This document shows, piece by piece, positions 1 to 8,452 of a stretch of 43,767 nt of DNA; within the stretch, counting starts at the first letter, position 1, and every line of letters begins with the position of its first letter. A program made the translations under genes and the position numbers. The notes below the pieces were generated by a model. It was not told the DNA's origin. It did not search any database and worked only from the letters and a program-made list of their open reading frames with translations. Location of the stretch: IMG/VR virus record IMGVR_UViG_3300024232_000005, positions 1 to 43,767 of that record. One strand, written 5' to 3'. This DNA comes from a virus (Duplodnaviria > Caudoviricetes).

Positions 1-127
1 AAGCCAGCACAGACCGAAAAGTTCAAAATGGACTTCAAGATGTTGGGCTACTTCAGCACCGTCAAGGGTGAGATGAAGAAGCTGCTCGACGACGACGATA
101 AGCGCTATTACGAGATCCTGGCGGCCA
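1..127. repeat. Terminal direct repeat (copy 1); circular-assembly overlap
   Basis: Identical to 43641-43767; the ERF ORF reads in frame across the junction. Confidence 0.97.
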
Positions 128-234
128 ACGGGTACACGACCAGTAAGGAAATCCGAACGCGCGATGAAGCCGAGCGCATCTACAGAGAATTGAAGCAGGT
201 GGTTAAGGATGAACTTGCGAGGGCTACAGCGTGA
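1..234 (+). CDS. erf: C-terminal part of ERF-family ssDNA-annealing protein (continues from 43161)
   Basis: Frame 1 (KPAQTEKFKMDFK...) continues the ORF starting at 43161; joined protein about 237 aa. Confidence 0.85.
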   Translation, partial: KPAQTEKFKMDFKMLGYFSTVKGEMKKLLDDDDKRYYEILAANGYTTSKEIRTRDEAERIYRELKQVVKDELARATA

Positions 235-494
235 CGGAGCGGCAAAAGGCGAAGCTTGCGGCTGTCCGCAAGAAAAACGGCCAACGGGCCAACGCTGAGC
301 GAAAGGCGCGTGGGCAGAAAGACATCACGTTTTACAAGGGCAAATATCGACGATATTGATCTTCGCTTGCGCCTGTTTGATCCTCTAGCATTCAGGCGCA
401 GCAAAGGACCCCAGCGCTTCGGAAGCGTGCCAACAGCTTGCAGTTCGCGTGACACCGCCGGGACGCTGGGGATTGAGATTGAGAAGGAGAAACG

Positions 495-767
495 ATGGCA
501 GAAGTAGCTCTATTGGCAGAATATGAAGCTGTAGAAATTCAGAGATTGTCACAGGCCATAGCTGACAGTCGAGTTAACATGCATCAGGCCGAAGAACGGC
601 TCCGCAGGGCCTGCGCTGACCTCGATATGTTCCTGTGTTCGCTTAAGAAAAAAGCTAAGCCTGCTAGGGCAACGCGCAGCGACAAGGGAACGAAGCGCAA
701 GACAGAAGAGCAGCGCGAAGAGGACAGGCTTCGCAATGATCTGGCGCATGGAACCGAGGAACGATGA
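495..767 (+). CDS. Hypothetical protein (coiled coil, basic RSDKG motif)
   Basis: AAGGAG RBS; ATGA overlap with next gene. Confidence 0.7.
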   Translation: MAEVALLAEYEAVEIQRLSQAIADSRVNMHQAEERLRRACADLDMFLCSLKKKAKPARATRSDKGTKRKTEEQREEDRLRNDLAHGTEER

Positions 768-1000
768 CGGAGCCGAAGATGATTCTGATTGACAAGCGCT
801 GCGACTGCTGCAGCCAGCCTCTCGCGACCGAAGAGTTTTTCGACCATATGACAATCACTCAAGGTGGCACCTACACGACGTGGGAAATCTGCGGAACCTG
901 CGCCAAGGAACTGTTTGAGCGCTTCGAGCGGGAATTCGCGTACACGCGGAATCGTCGAAGCCAAGTCAAGGAGGAAGTGGATGCCACTACCAAAGCCTAA
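764..1000 (+). CDS. Small Zn-binding hypothetical protein
   Basis: CDCC...ICGTC cysteine pairs; GAGG RBS. Confidence 0.7.
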   Translation: MTEPKMILIDKRCDCCSQPLATEEFFDHMTITQGGTYTTWEICGTCAKELFERFEREFAYTRNRRSQVKEEVDATTKA

Positions 1001-1202
1001 ACTGATCGGCAAGCGGGAGTACGTGCCGATTCTTTCGGAAACCGAACGGCTCGCCTACGTTGCGGCCCATCGCATCCTCACAGAGCGTCCGTATACGGAT
1101 CGATTGGCGGCGCCAGGCGGCCGGCGTACGGCCGTGGTGGATTCGATTGCCAGTGTACTGGTGCAGGTGTTCGGCGGCCGGGAACTGGAGAGCGGCAAAT
1201 GA
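981..1202 (+). CDS. Hypothetical protein
   Basis: AGGAGG RBS before ATG 981; ATGA coupling to next gene. Confidence 0.65.
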   Translation: MPLPKPKLIGKREYVPILSETERLAYVAAHRILTERPYTDRLAAPGGRRTAVVDSIASVLVQVFGGRELESGK

Positions 1203-1411
1203 GTAAGTCTTTCCGCGCGGCTCAGGTGATCAGATGTCCCTTTTGTTACTCTGGATCGTCTCCTATTCACGTGGGACACTCTGTTATGGTTTGTCAGCCT
1301 TGTGGAAATACTTTTCGCGTGGTGCACGCCGATAAGGGCAGGACTGGCATGAGTCTGGGGCGGAAGATCGAAGAAGTAGTAGTTTGGCAAAAGAATGAGC
1401 AGCCATCATGA
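1199..1411 (+). CDS. Zn-ribbon protein
   Basis: CPFC...CQPC; coupled at both ends. Confidence 0.65.
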   Translation: MSKSFRAAQVIRCPFCYSGSSPIHVGHSVMVCQPCGNTFRVVHADKGRTGMSLGRKIEEVVVWQKNEQPS

Positions 1412-1707
1412 CCAGCCGCAGGAATCCGCGAGCGGATGCCAATCAGGTTGACGTCGTGAAGGCCCTGCGTCAGGCCGGATGCGCTGTACAATCCCTCGGC
1501 AGGGTGGGCAATGGCTGTCCTGACATTTTGGTGTGCCGCGGGGAGCAATTGTGGCTAATGGAGCTCAAGGATGGCACTTTGCCGCCATCCAAGCGCAAGC
1601 TGACGTCCGCTGAATACCGATTCCATGCTAAGTGGCCGGCTTACATTCCGATCGTGCATAGCGTTGCGGAAGCTCTGGCAGTAGTGGGCGTGAAAACTTC
1701 GGTGTGA
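1408..1707 (+). CDS. VRR-NUC family (PD-(D/E)xK) nuclease / resolvase
   Basis: DANQ...GCPDILV...LMELKD...LTSAE motif pattern. Confidence 0.85.
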   Translation: MTSRRNPRADANQVDVVKALRQAGCAVQSLGRVGNGCPDILVCRGEQLWLMELKDGTLPPSKRKLTSAEYRFHAKWPAYIPIVHSVAEALAVVGVKTSV

Positions 1708-1785
1708 TTATGGGCTTCCCTCCGCATTGGTTTTGGTGTAAACTTGAAGCTGGTTCGCCGCCTTGCGCGGAATACAAAACGGAGG

Positions 1786-1836
1786 CTAAGGGCTGGATGC
1801 CACTACATCCGGCCCAAGGCCACGCCTTAGTGGGGG
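1786..1836 (+). promoter_or_regulatory. Structured leader of replication initiator gene
   Basis: 10-bp stem 1790-99/1806-15 with loop CCACTA complementary to TAGTGG (1828-33) at the RBS; alternative pairing CTAAGG/CCTTAG. Confidence 0.45.
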
Positions 1837-1840
1837 CAAC

Positions 1841-2266
1841 ATGTTACCTTTCGAGTGGGCACGTCTAAACGACATCGCCCGAGACATCCTGAGACTCTTT
1901 CACTGGTTCAAGCGGCGCGGCATGAAGATCTTCCTGCGCCAAGGGGAAATTGCGCGGCGCGTCGGCTGTTGCCGGGCGACCGTTAACCGCTGGTTGGACA
2001 AGCTCATTGAGCGAGAATTCCTGAAGCTGGATCGGCGCACCCCTAGATTCTGCTCGTATGTGCTTGTTACACCACCTGTTACATCATGTGTTACATCACA
2101 GAGCGTTTATCCTTTAAGTGAATCTATTGATCGAAGAGAACGGCAATTCCTCCGAAGAAAACCGCCCCAACACGAACGCAAACCCTCCGTAGATTGGTGG
2201 GCCGTCGAAAAACTGGTACGCGGCGGGATGGAGTACGAAGCAGCTAAGCTGGCGGCGACATCATGA
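1841..2266 (+). CDS. Putative replication initiator, N-terminal HTH
   Basis: QGEIARRVGCCRATVNRWLDKL helix-turn-helix; internal iterons; followed by loader-like gene. Confidence 0.75.
   Translation: MLPFEWARLNDIARDILRLFHWFKRRGMKIFLRQGEIARRVGCCRATVNRWLDKLIEREFLKLDRRTPRFCSYVLVTPPVTSCVTSQSVYPLSESIDRRERQFLRRKPPQHERKPSVDWWAVEKLVRGGMEYEAAKLAATS
2065..2130. repeat. Putative origin: three 12-bp-period iterons (TGTTACA core) plus AT-rich tract
   Basis: TGTTACAccacc TGTTACAtcatg TGTTACAtcaca at 2065, 2077, 2089 inside the initiator gene, as in lambdoid origins. Confidence 0.65.
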
Positions 2267-2805
2267 TTGGGATTTTGTTCGCTCAAGAGCAAGTGGCTCG
2301 TCTGCTTGGTCTGAAGTGTTTCGTTTCTAACGAGCACAAGGCATCCGCCATAACGGAAATGGAAAAGGCTATGCAGACGGCGCACAACATAGCGGCGGCG
2401 ATGGCCTTCGCGAACGATTGGCTCGCTGAACAGAATGAATGGCCTACGCCGGCGCAGATCCGCCAATTGCTTTTTGAGGCGCACCAAGGCCGACAGGAAT
2501 ACAGGCCGGATGCCGAGACGTACGCGCCAGATCCACTACATTGCAAGCGCTGCCAAAACTTCGGTGCCTACGGCGGTAAAATCGGCACAAAGTACGACGG
2601 GGAATGGAAATGGTGCGACTGTGAAGCGGCCATCGAAAAGCGGCGTGTAGAGCCAGACCTAGTGGTGCTAGCAAACGAAACGCGCAATCGGCTCATTGAG
2701 ATAATATCCAAGTCTCCAAAGATGATCGGTCGCAGTGGTCCGCGATCCAACGTCATCCGCACAATCGCGGCGATTTCCAATGAGGATTATCATGGCGAAT
2801 TCTGA
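2263..2805 (+). CDS. Putative helicase loader/inhibitor-like replication protein with C-terminal Zn domain
   Basis: WPTPAQIR motif; CKRC...WCDC; directly after initiator. Confidence 0.6.
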   Translation: MIGILFAQEQVARLLGLKCFVSNEHKASAITEMEKAMQTAHNIAAAMAFANDWLAEQNEWPTPAQIRQLLFEAHQGRQEYRPDAETYAPDPLHCKRCQNFGAYGGKIGTKYDGEWKWCDCEAAIEKRRVEPDLVVLANETRNRLIEIISKSPKMIGRSGPRSNVIRTIAAISNEDYHGEF

Positions 2806-2823
2806 TCGACAGAGGAAAACAGC

Positions 2824-3063
2824 ATGACCACACAAGTTCCGCAAAACCGACTATACGTGGAAACGAATGCGCTCTGCGAAGGAGCCAATGGAGATTGGAT
2901 ATTTGAGGCTTACGACGGAGATGAACAGAGTAGCGAAGAGTTCCTGGCGGCTGTAGTGCTGATGATCGCTCAGTCCGATGATCCAGAACGACGATTGATC
3001 AAGTTCATGCGCACGATGGCCGACACTTTTGAGAGGCAGCTTGCATTGAGGAAAACAGCATGA
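2824..3063 (+). CDS. Hypothetical protein
   Basis: GAGG RBS; ATGA overlap. Confidence 0.6.
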   Translation: MTTQVPQNRLYVETNALCEGANGDWIFEAYDGDEQSSEEFLAAVVLMIAQSDDPERRLIKFMRTMADTFERQLALRKTA

Positions 3064-3539
3064 CAGGCAAACGAGAGCATTTGGCAAGCTTGGTTGTCGC
3101 CCCGGATATCCTGCCAACGCGGCGGTTATCGCAGCGGTCCCTTGACGATCCTGCTCCGCGTCAAGAGTTTTGGTACAGAGCATCAGGGCAGACCTACGCC
3201 GCAATGCCCGACGAATGGGGTGAGTCTCGTGGTGTTGGTAGAACGGATGTCCATATCACGCAGTATCAAGTGTTGAAGCGGACCGCCAAGGGAGTTTGGC
3301 TGTACAATTTTGGAGACCGAAAATTTGTTCTGGCGTCCGCGCGTAAACAGTTCGCATCGCCCACGGAAGCAGCGGCTTGGGAAAGCCTGATCCACCGTAA
3401 AAAGCGGCAGATAACAATTCTCACAAACCAACTAGAAACTGCCAAACTGATTATGCATTTGGCGGAGGCGGCGGCAGGCGGGTCAAAGCAAAAGGAGGCA
3501 AGTGAATGCACATCTGGAAAATTGAGGACGATTTGGTGA
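3060..3539 (+). CDS. Hypothetical phage protein
   Basis: VLKRTAKGVWL...KQFASPTEAAAWESL pattern seen in phage accessory proteins. Confidence 0.65.
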   Translation: MTGKREHLASLVVAPDILPTRRLSQRSLDDPAPRQEFWYRASGQTYAAMPDEWGESRGVGRTDVHITQYQVLKRTAKGVWLYNFGDRKFVLASARKQFASPTEAAAWESLIHRKKRQITILTNQLETAKLIMHLAEAAAGGSKQKEASECTSGKLRTIW

Positions 3540-3742
3540 TGCGCAAAGGACAAGTGATAGCAGAGATCTATCGTGAAGACGGGAAAGTGGGCTGGCGTGG
3601 TCTAGGAATGCATCGCGAGAACTTCAAGCAGGATGAGGGGATGATGGAGCGTATCCTAGAGGACGTTAAGTACTTTCATCGCTACAATCCGCCGAAGTTG
3701 ACGCTGACCTTTGCCTCCGGTAGGAAGGCGGTTTATCGATGA
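3506..3742 (+). CDS. Hypothetical protein
   Basis: AGGAGG RBS; coupled to next gene. Confidence 0.65.
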   Translation: MHIWKIEDDLVMRKGQVIAEIYREDGKVGWRGLGMHRENFKQDEGMMERILEDVKYFHRYNPPKLTLTFASGRKAVYR

Positions 3743-3930
3743 TCAGCGAAGCGAAACTGCGGGAGATTGAAGCGCGAGAAGTTCAGGCGATGAGCAGCGA
3801 TTCCGACATTCCTGCGCTCACCAAGGCGCTCAGGGAAGCGGCGGAGATCATCGGAAATATGAGAGATCTGCATATCTGGTATCCGTTAGCAGATGAGTGG
3901 CTTCGCGAATGGCGTGGCGAGACCGAGTAG
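3739..3930 (+). CDS. Hypothetical protein
   Basis: ATGA overlap with upstream gene. Confidence 0.6.
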   Translation: MISEAKLREIEAREVQAMSSDSDIPALTKALREAAEIIGNMRDLHIWYPLADEWLREWRGETE

Positions 3931-3938
3931 AGGGAAGC

Positions 3939-4316
3939 ATGAGCGGCTACATCGTAATTTCAGGACACATCGTTGGCAACCAAGAGCGTGGCTTTGTGAC
4001 CGTTTGGGAATCCGATCTCGAGGAGAAGCACACTGTTTCCGCTGCGATTTCTCACGGATTCCGAACGGTTGGTTCGGATGACTTCCGCATTGGTTTGGTG
4101 AAGTTTGGAGCACTGCGCCAGTTGCAATTCATGGAGGAAGCGCCGCGCTACTTCGATGAACTTGAATACACGGCTGAGCAATTGGGGCTGCGTTGCATTC
4201 GCAGTTCGATTGACGATGGACCACCATTGAAGGGGGCCAGAAAACGAAGCCGTGCCATTAGCGGTAGGCATGGCGAGAGCGAGAAACAAGGGGAAGCACA
4301 TGAGCGCAAGACTTAA
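3939..4316 (+). CDS. Hypothetical protein
   Basis: AGGG RBS before ATG 3939. Confidence 0.6.
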   Translation: MSGYIVISGHIVGNQERGFVTVWESDLEEKHTVSAAISHGFRTVGSDDFRIGLVKFGALRQLQFMEEAPRYFDELEYTAEQLGLRCIRSSIDDGPPLKGARKRSRAISGRHGESEKQGEAHERKT

Positions 4317-4572
4317 CGAAATCTGTCTGGACAAAAGCGATTCAATCATCATCAGACCGTTTTCTAACTATGAGGGATCGCTTCATATCCGCCTGACTGC
4401 CAGCGGAAAACTAGAAGTAGCAGGACCCGTCAATTGGAACAAACGCACCTTCATTGTATGTCCAGAGGGTTGGGTTGAAACCGCTGAGTCAAAGAAGTTG
4501 GCACTCGAAACCGCCCGCGCCAAACTCGCCAATTCCACAGGACTACCACGGAAGAGAAAGCCTGAGGCATGA
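4300..4572 (+). CDS. Hypothetical protein
   Basis: AGGGG RBS; coupled to next gene. Confidence 0.6.
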   Translation: MSARLNEICLDKSDSIIIRPFSNYEGSLHIRLTASGKLEVAGPVNWNKRTFIVCPEGWVETAESKKLALETARAKLANSTGLPRKRKPEA

Positions 4573-4982
4573 ACGATATATCTGCTGAGACTCGCGAAGT
4601 GGAGAGAGAGTTCAATCTCGATGATCGGTTTCACGCCGTGCAGACCCTGGTTCACGCAATGGACTATATCCGCCTCAGTGATCATAAAATGCTGGACCGG
4701 GTTAACGCCAACGAAATCCTAGCGGACGGTATCAAGAACGCGATTGATGGTCGCGCAACCGGGTTTGAGCACCGCACAGTTCGACACACGTATCGGAATG
4801 CCCGCGACGGCGCGAAGCTTCCCGCAGCCAGAGATCGACGATGTGAACGCTGCGGGGCAGTGGATGCGCCGTACTTCACTCATTGCTACTATCACGCACC
4901 CCCACGGCTGGAAGCGCGCACGCTCCAATCGACGGCAACAGAACGCGCGGAAGGAAGCTCGAAAGCAAAGAAGGAGAAATGA
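4569..4982 (+). CDS. Hypothetical protein with CxxC
   Basis: ATGA overlaps at both ends. Confidence 0.6.
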   Translation: MNDISAETREVEREFNLDDRFHAVQTLVHAMDYIRLSDHKMLDRVNANEILADGIKNAIDGRATGFEHRTVRHTYRNARDGAKLPAARDRRCERCGAVDAPYFTHCYYHAPPRLEARTLQSTATERAEGSSKAKKEK

Positions 4983-5218
4983 TGGACTGGTATCCAATTG
5001 AAACAGCGCCTAAGAGCACACCCGTATTACTGTGGGCACGAGGATGGTCGATTGAACTTGGGATCTACTTCGGAAATCAGCGCGGAGAAGAAGGCTGGCA
5101 CCACTGGGAAGGAAGCCGCAAATTCTTCTCGGAACCAACCCACTGGATGCCACTTCCAGATCCTCCAAGCGCGAAAGAAGCAGCAGTAGATCCTCCGAAA
5201 GGGGCAGAATCAGAATGA
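4979..5218 (+). CDS. DUF551-like protein
   Basis: WYPIETAPK...PTHWMPLPDPP signature. Confidence 0.85.
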   Translation: MMDWYPIETAPKSTPVLLWARGWSIELGIYFGNQRGEEGWHHWEGSRKFFSEPTHWMPLPDPPSAKEAAVDPPKGAESE

Positions 5219-5385
5219 TGGCTAGACAAAAAGTGTTGTACGCGGTTTCGTTTCTATTGTCATGTATGGCCGCTGTTTTTGACGTGCGAGTGTTGGATCA
5301 TCCAATCGGATACATGTGCTGCTTCTTCAGCGGCTACCTATTGGCCTTCGCGCGAAAACCCAAAGGGGCAGAGGTAACAGAATGA
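5215..5385 (+). CDS. Small two-TM membrane protein (56 aa, not in ORF track)
   Basis: MMARQKVLYAVSFLLSCMAAVF...YMCCFFSGYLLAFARK; ATGA overlaps at both ends. Confidence 0.55.
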   Translation: MMARQKVLYAVSFLLSCMAAVFDVRVLDHPIGYMCCFFSGYLLAFARKPKGAEVTE

Positions 5386-6107
5386 GCGAACAGAGGTCGG
5401 CGGCGGAAGTGGTTCTGGAAGTATTCGAGGCGATTGAGTCAGAGTTCAGCATTGAACCGCCAATCCCCAAGGAGATAACAAACTTACTCCATTCCAGGTT
5501 TACGGCCCTTGTTGAATCGGAACGATCCCGAGCGCGTGCGGGTTTCACCTACCCGCATATGTGCCGAGACGGGCATCCTGAAATCGGCCACAGCGACAAT
5601 AGCAGCGAGATGTGCCCATTGTGCCGAGCGCGTGCCGCAGACTATCCGTTGGATGCATCGTGCATGGATGTGGCCGACATCCTTGTTGACGAATACGCGC
5701 CCAACTGGTGCCCAGACCTTGCCAAGCCAGAGGCTCGGGAAAACCGCAACGAACTGAAGCGGCGGATAGGCAACGTGCTCTCATTCCAACGCGAGCAACT
5801 CAAAAAAGAGGCGCGTGCAGATGTGGCGGAACGCGATAAACTGCTGGCGGAAGTTCGCCGACAAGCCGACCAACTTGGCGAGAGATACCGAATCGCGGCG
5901 GCGGGACCGGGCCGTGAGTTCACGGCTGCGCTTGTGTGTGGAATCGGAGACAAGGTATCGGAGGTTGTGGCGGAACTGGTGGAGGCGCTGAAGAGCGTCA
6001 TTGACGCGCCGACAAGTGGATCGATTGACGTGATCACAGCGAGAAACGCTACGTTTCGGCGGGCGCGTGCCGCACTTGCCAAGCACTCCGAAGTGGAAAA
6101 GGTATGA
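5382..6107 (+). CDS. Hypothetical mosaic accessory protein
   Basis: GAGG RBS; CRDGH...CPLC module. Confidence 0.65.
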   Translation: MSEQRSAAEVVLEVFEAIESEFSIEPPIPKEITNLLHSRFTALVESERSRARAGFTYPHMCRDGHPEIGHSDNSSEMCPLCRARAADYPLDASCMDVADILVDEYAPNWCPDLAKPEARENRNELKRRIGNVLSFQREQLKKEARADVAERDKLLAEVRRQADQLGERYRIAAAGPGREFTAALVCGIGDKVSEVVAELVEALKSVIDAPTSGSIDVITARNATFRRARAALAKHSEVEKV

Positions 6108-6313
6108 GCAACACCAGTAAAATGCCATGGCCACCGCCTGAAGGATGGCCGGATTGCATGATTTGCAAGGATGAAGGAGTCTGGGGTGGTGGGGTACAGC
6201 CATTTCACTGGTGCGGATGCATCAGGGGCCGCGTGAGGGCGGCTACAGAGCCATCGTATGTGTCGGATGCAAACGCTGAATGGCAACGACTGAGGGATTT
6301 GGAGATTCGATGA
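6104..6313 (+). CDS. Stand-alone Zn domain paralogous to C-terminal half of 2263..2805
   Basis: CxxCxxxGxxGG...WCxC...EPxxVxxANxxxxRL shared with the replication protein. Confidence 0.65.
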   Translation: MSNTSKMPWPPPEGWPDCMICKDEGVWGGGVQPFHWCGCIRGRVRAATEPSYVSDANAEWQRLRDLEIR

Positions 6314-6594
6314 TGCTGCGCGGCAGGCCCGGAGATCTAGATCGTCATACACGCGAGGTGAGGCTTGCGGTCGGCAAGCCAAACGATATTGAACGCAGCG
6401 AGATTGTTACGGCCATTATGAAGCATCGCGACGCGCTTGGCGAACGATTTGAGATTCTGGAGGTAAAAGCCGGTGCCCTGCTTATCCGGCGAGGAGGGCA
6501 TTACGATCGAACCCATGAAGCATGGACGTGGCTTAAAGCAATCAGCTATTTAGGGAGCGAAGATGTTACACGGCTATTTGCCAAATCCTGCTGA
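6310..6594 (+). CDS. Hypothetical protein
   Basis: GGAG RBS; ATGA overlap. Confidence 0.55.
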   Translation: MMLRGRPGDLDRHTREVRLAVGKPNDIERSEIVTAIMKHRDALGERFEILEVKAGALLIRRGGHYDRTHEAWTWLKAISYLGSEDVTRLFAKSC

Positions 6595-6790
6595 CTGGCG
6601 GATTGCGGCAGACCGGGCGCGGCGGACCAAGTATCAGCGCGCGGAGGCCCAGAGGAAAGCTTCGCGAGATGATGCCGGCAAGCGCTGGGAACGCGATGAA
6701 GAGCTGCAAAAGGAGCGGGAAGCAAGCGCTAACGTAAAGATTCGATTGACGCGAGAGGACATTATGGGGCAGCATGGACAAGGATTCTGA
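6563..6790 (+). CDS. Hypothetical charged helical protein
   Basis: GGGAG RBS. Confidence 0.55.
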   Translation: MLHGYLPNPADWRIAADRARRTKYQRAEAQRKASRDDAGKRWERDEELQKEREASANVKIRLTREDIMGQHGQGF

Positions 6791-6793
6791 ATC

Positions 6794-7027
6794 ATGAGAA
6801 GAAGCCCTAATAAACGCCGCGACCAATCCACGCACAGGTTGGCTTTTATCGGAACTGAGCGACTGACAGGATTTGGTAGGCATATAGCTGATGTCGGGGC
6901 GATGACGCCGATGCAAATTGCCCTAGCTGATCCGCGTAATGATGTGCGGTTACCAGAACCGTGCAAGGTGCTTGTAAAGGATGGCGAGGTCACAGAAGAG
7001 GGCAGGCGTCGAGGAATCAAGCTATGA
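6794..7027 (+). CDS. Hypothetical protein
   Basis: AAGGA RBS; coupled to next gene. Confidence 0.55.
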   Translation: MRRSPNKRRDQSTHRLAFIGTERLTGFGRHIADVGAMTPMQIALADPRNDVRLPEPCKVLVKDGEVTEEGRRRGIKL

Positions 7028-7329
7028 CCCAAGGAATGCTATTCGAGCAGCAAGCACCAGCCAGGCGCACAGACCCGGAAACAGCGCACGAAGCAGCCGC
7101 CGAGAATCAGGACGTCAGGACATCCACAAGGCGAGAAGTGCTTATTTATCTACAATTTTGCCGCCAAACCGGTGCGACAGATTATGAGATTTGCGAGGCT
7201 TTAGGCATACTTAGGACGTCAGCCGGCAAGCGGCGCCACGAACTTGTAGCGCTCGGGCTTGTGGAAAACAGCGGGCAGCGGCGACAAACCGATACCGGCT
7301 CAACAGCGATCGTGTGGAGGGCTAAATGA
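7024..7329 (+). CDS. Winged-helix DNA-binding protein
   Basis: ARRTDPETAHEAA...GATDYEI...KRRHELVALGLV...AIVW pattern of phage wHTH proteins. Confidence 0.75.
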   Translation: MTQGMLFEQQAPARRTDPETAHEAAAENQDVRTSTRREVLIYLQFCRQTGATDYEICEALGILRTSAGKRRHELVALGLVENSGQRRQTDTGSTAIVWRAK

Positions 7330-7544
7330 AAGTGGACGAATTTTGTGATGAATTGGTGGTGGCCGCCTCAGACTTCATTGATGCTGCGCTGGACGATCAC
7401 GAGGGGCCTACCGTTTCCAAGGAATTCAGCCAATCGCGGGAGAAGCTGGTGTCATTGATAACTCAGTGGGTGCGGGGCGACGTAGCGCGAACGCTCAACA
7501 CCACGACTACAGACTGCGATGAGGGGAGCGCCAATCCAAAATGA
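7326..7544 (+). CDS. Hypothetical protein
   Basis: GGAGG RBS; coupled. Confidence 0.6.
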   Translation: MKVDEFCDELVVAASDFIDAALDDHEGPTVSKEFSQSREKLVSLITQWVRGDVARTLNTTTTDCDEGSANPK

Positions 7545-7831
7545 TATGGGAAAGAAAATGCGCAAGATGTGGGTTTGTGCGGAAGTTTAGCGGACCAGTG
7601 GCACTATTGCCTTGTCCTGGCTGCATAAAGCGATTCGATCCACCAACAGATGGTGAAGGGACAATGAAGCTCAGTGACGTAGTACGCGAATACCTTGAAA
7701 CTCGCGGCCCTGGCCAGCACCGTTTGATTGACGGATTCGCTTGGGTTTCAGAAAGGTGCGCAGAACTCGGGATTACGGCCACAGACGACGAAATCAAGCG
7801 CGAGTTTCGCGATGTCGCAGGCTACCCATGA
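7541..7831 (+). CDS. Hypothetical protein with Zn ribbon
   Basis: CARC...CPGC; may also have an internal start at MKLSD. Confidence 0.5.
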   Translation: MIWERKCARCGFVRKFSGPVALLPCPGCIKRFDPPTDGEGTMKLSDVVREYLETRGPGQHRLIDGFAWVSERCAELGITATDDEIKREFRDVAGYP

Positions 7832-7840
7832 CTATCACAC

Positions 7841-7869
7841 TTGCAGAATCAAAGCTTTAGGAGTACGAT
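7841..7869 (+). promoter_or_regulatory. Sigma70-like promoter upstream of packaging genes
   Basis: TTGCAG-N17-TACGAT. Confidence 0.55.
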
Positions 7870-7898
7870 TGATTCTCTAAAGTAGAAATTCCTTAGAT

Positions 7899-8357
7899 AT
7901 GGCGAAACGTGGACGGAAGCCTGGTACCCCCAAGACCGGCGGGCGCAAAGTCGGAAGCAAGAGCAAGCATGTCTTGGCACTGGAGCATCGCGATAACCCG
8001 CTAGTGCTGTTGTCGAGCAAACGAATTGAGCAAATCCTAACCAACACATTGCCTTGTAGTGTTTGCCGCGGAACCAAGGAAACGCCCTACGAGCTCCCAG
8101 CGGGAAGCCACGCAGCGGTGTGCAGATCCAGAATAGGCGCAGAATGCTCATGCCAGGGGATTGGGCAGCGGCCGTGTGCATCCTGCAAGGACGGATTCGA
8201 GCAGCTTTCGCCAGAGGTTATTGCAAAGGTGGCTATGGCGGTGCGCGAAGAGGCATACCCCAAGCTCAAGTCTATTGAGCACAAGGGAACTGTAAACGTT
8301 GATTTGATGGCCCAGAAGATCATCGCAGCCCGTAAAGCGCGAATGCTGCAGCAATGA
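7899..8357 (+). CDS. terS: Terminase small subunit with Cys-rich Zn-finger insert
   Basis: GRKPGTPKTGGRKVGS N-terminus, YPKLKSIEHKG C-terminus, position before terL. Confidence 0.7.
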   Translation: MAKRGRKPGTPKTGGRKVGSKSKHVLALEHRDNPLVLLSSKRIEQILTNTLPCSVCRGTKETPYELPAGSHAAVCRSRIGAECSCQGIGQRPCASCKDGFEQLSPEVIAKVAMAVREEAYPKLKSIEHKGTVNVDLMAQKIIAARKARMLQQ

Positions 8358-8452
8358 AAATCCCCCACCGATTCAAAAGATTGCTGCTCACGAGCATCAC
8401 CATTCTAGTGTTCCTTCTGGTGGCTTGGTTAGCAGGTAGGTATGTCCCGTGA
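8354..8452 (+). CDS. 32-aa single-TM peptide between terS and terL
   Basis: MKIPHRFKRLLLTSITILVFLLVAWLAGRYVP; ATGA and GTGA overlaps at both ends. Confidence 0.55.
   Translation: MKIPHRFKRLLLTSITILVFLLVAWLAGRYVP

Noticed and set aside
1-127. 127-bp terminal repeat as a biological direct terminal repeat or att site
   Set aside because: It falls mid-gene and its length equals a common assembler k-mer, so it is most likely circular-contig overlap
28-234. 68-aa stand-alone ORF
   Set aside because: It is the C-terminus of the ERF gene crossing the junction
231-507. Gene call between erf and 495
   Set aside because: Two competing frames (231..359 basic peptide and 256..507); I cannot decide which, if either, is real
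1263-1278. Second parS-like site (and CACGTG cores near 19286 and 28375)
   Set aside because: Four or more mismatches to consensus; expected by chance
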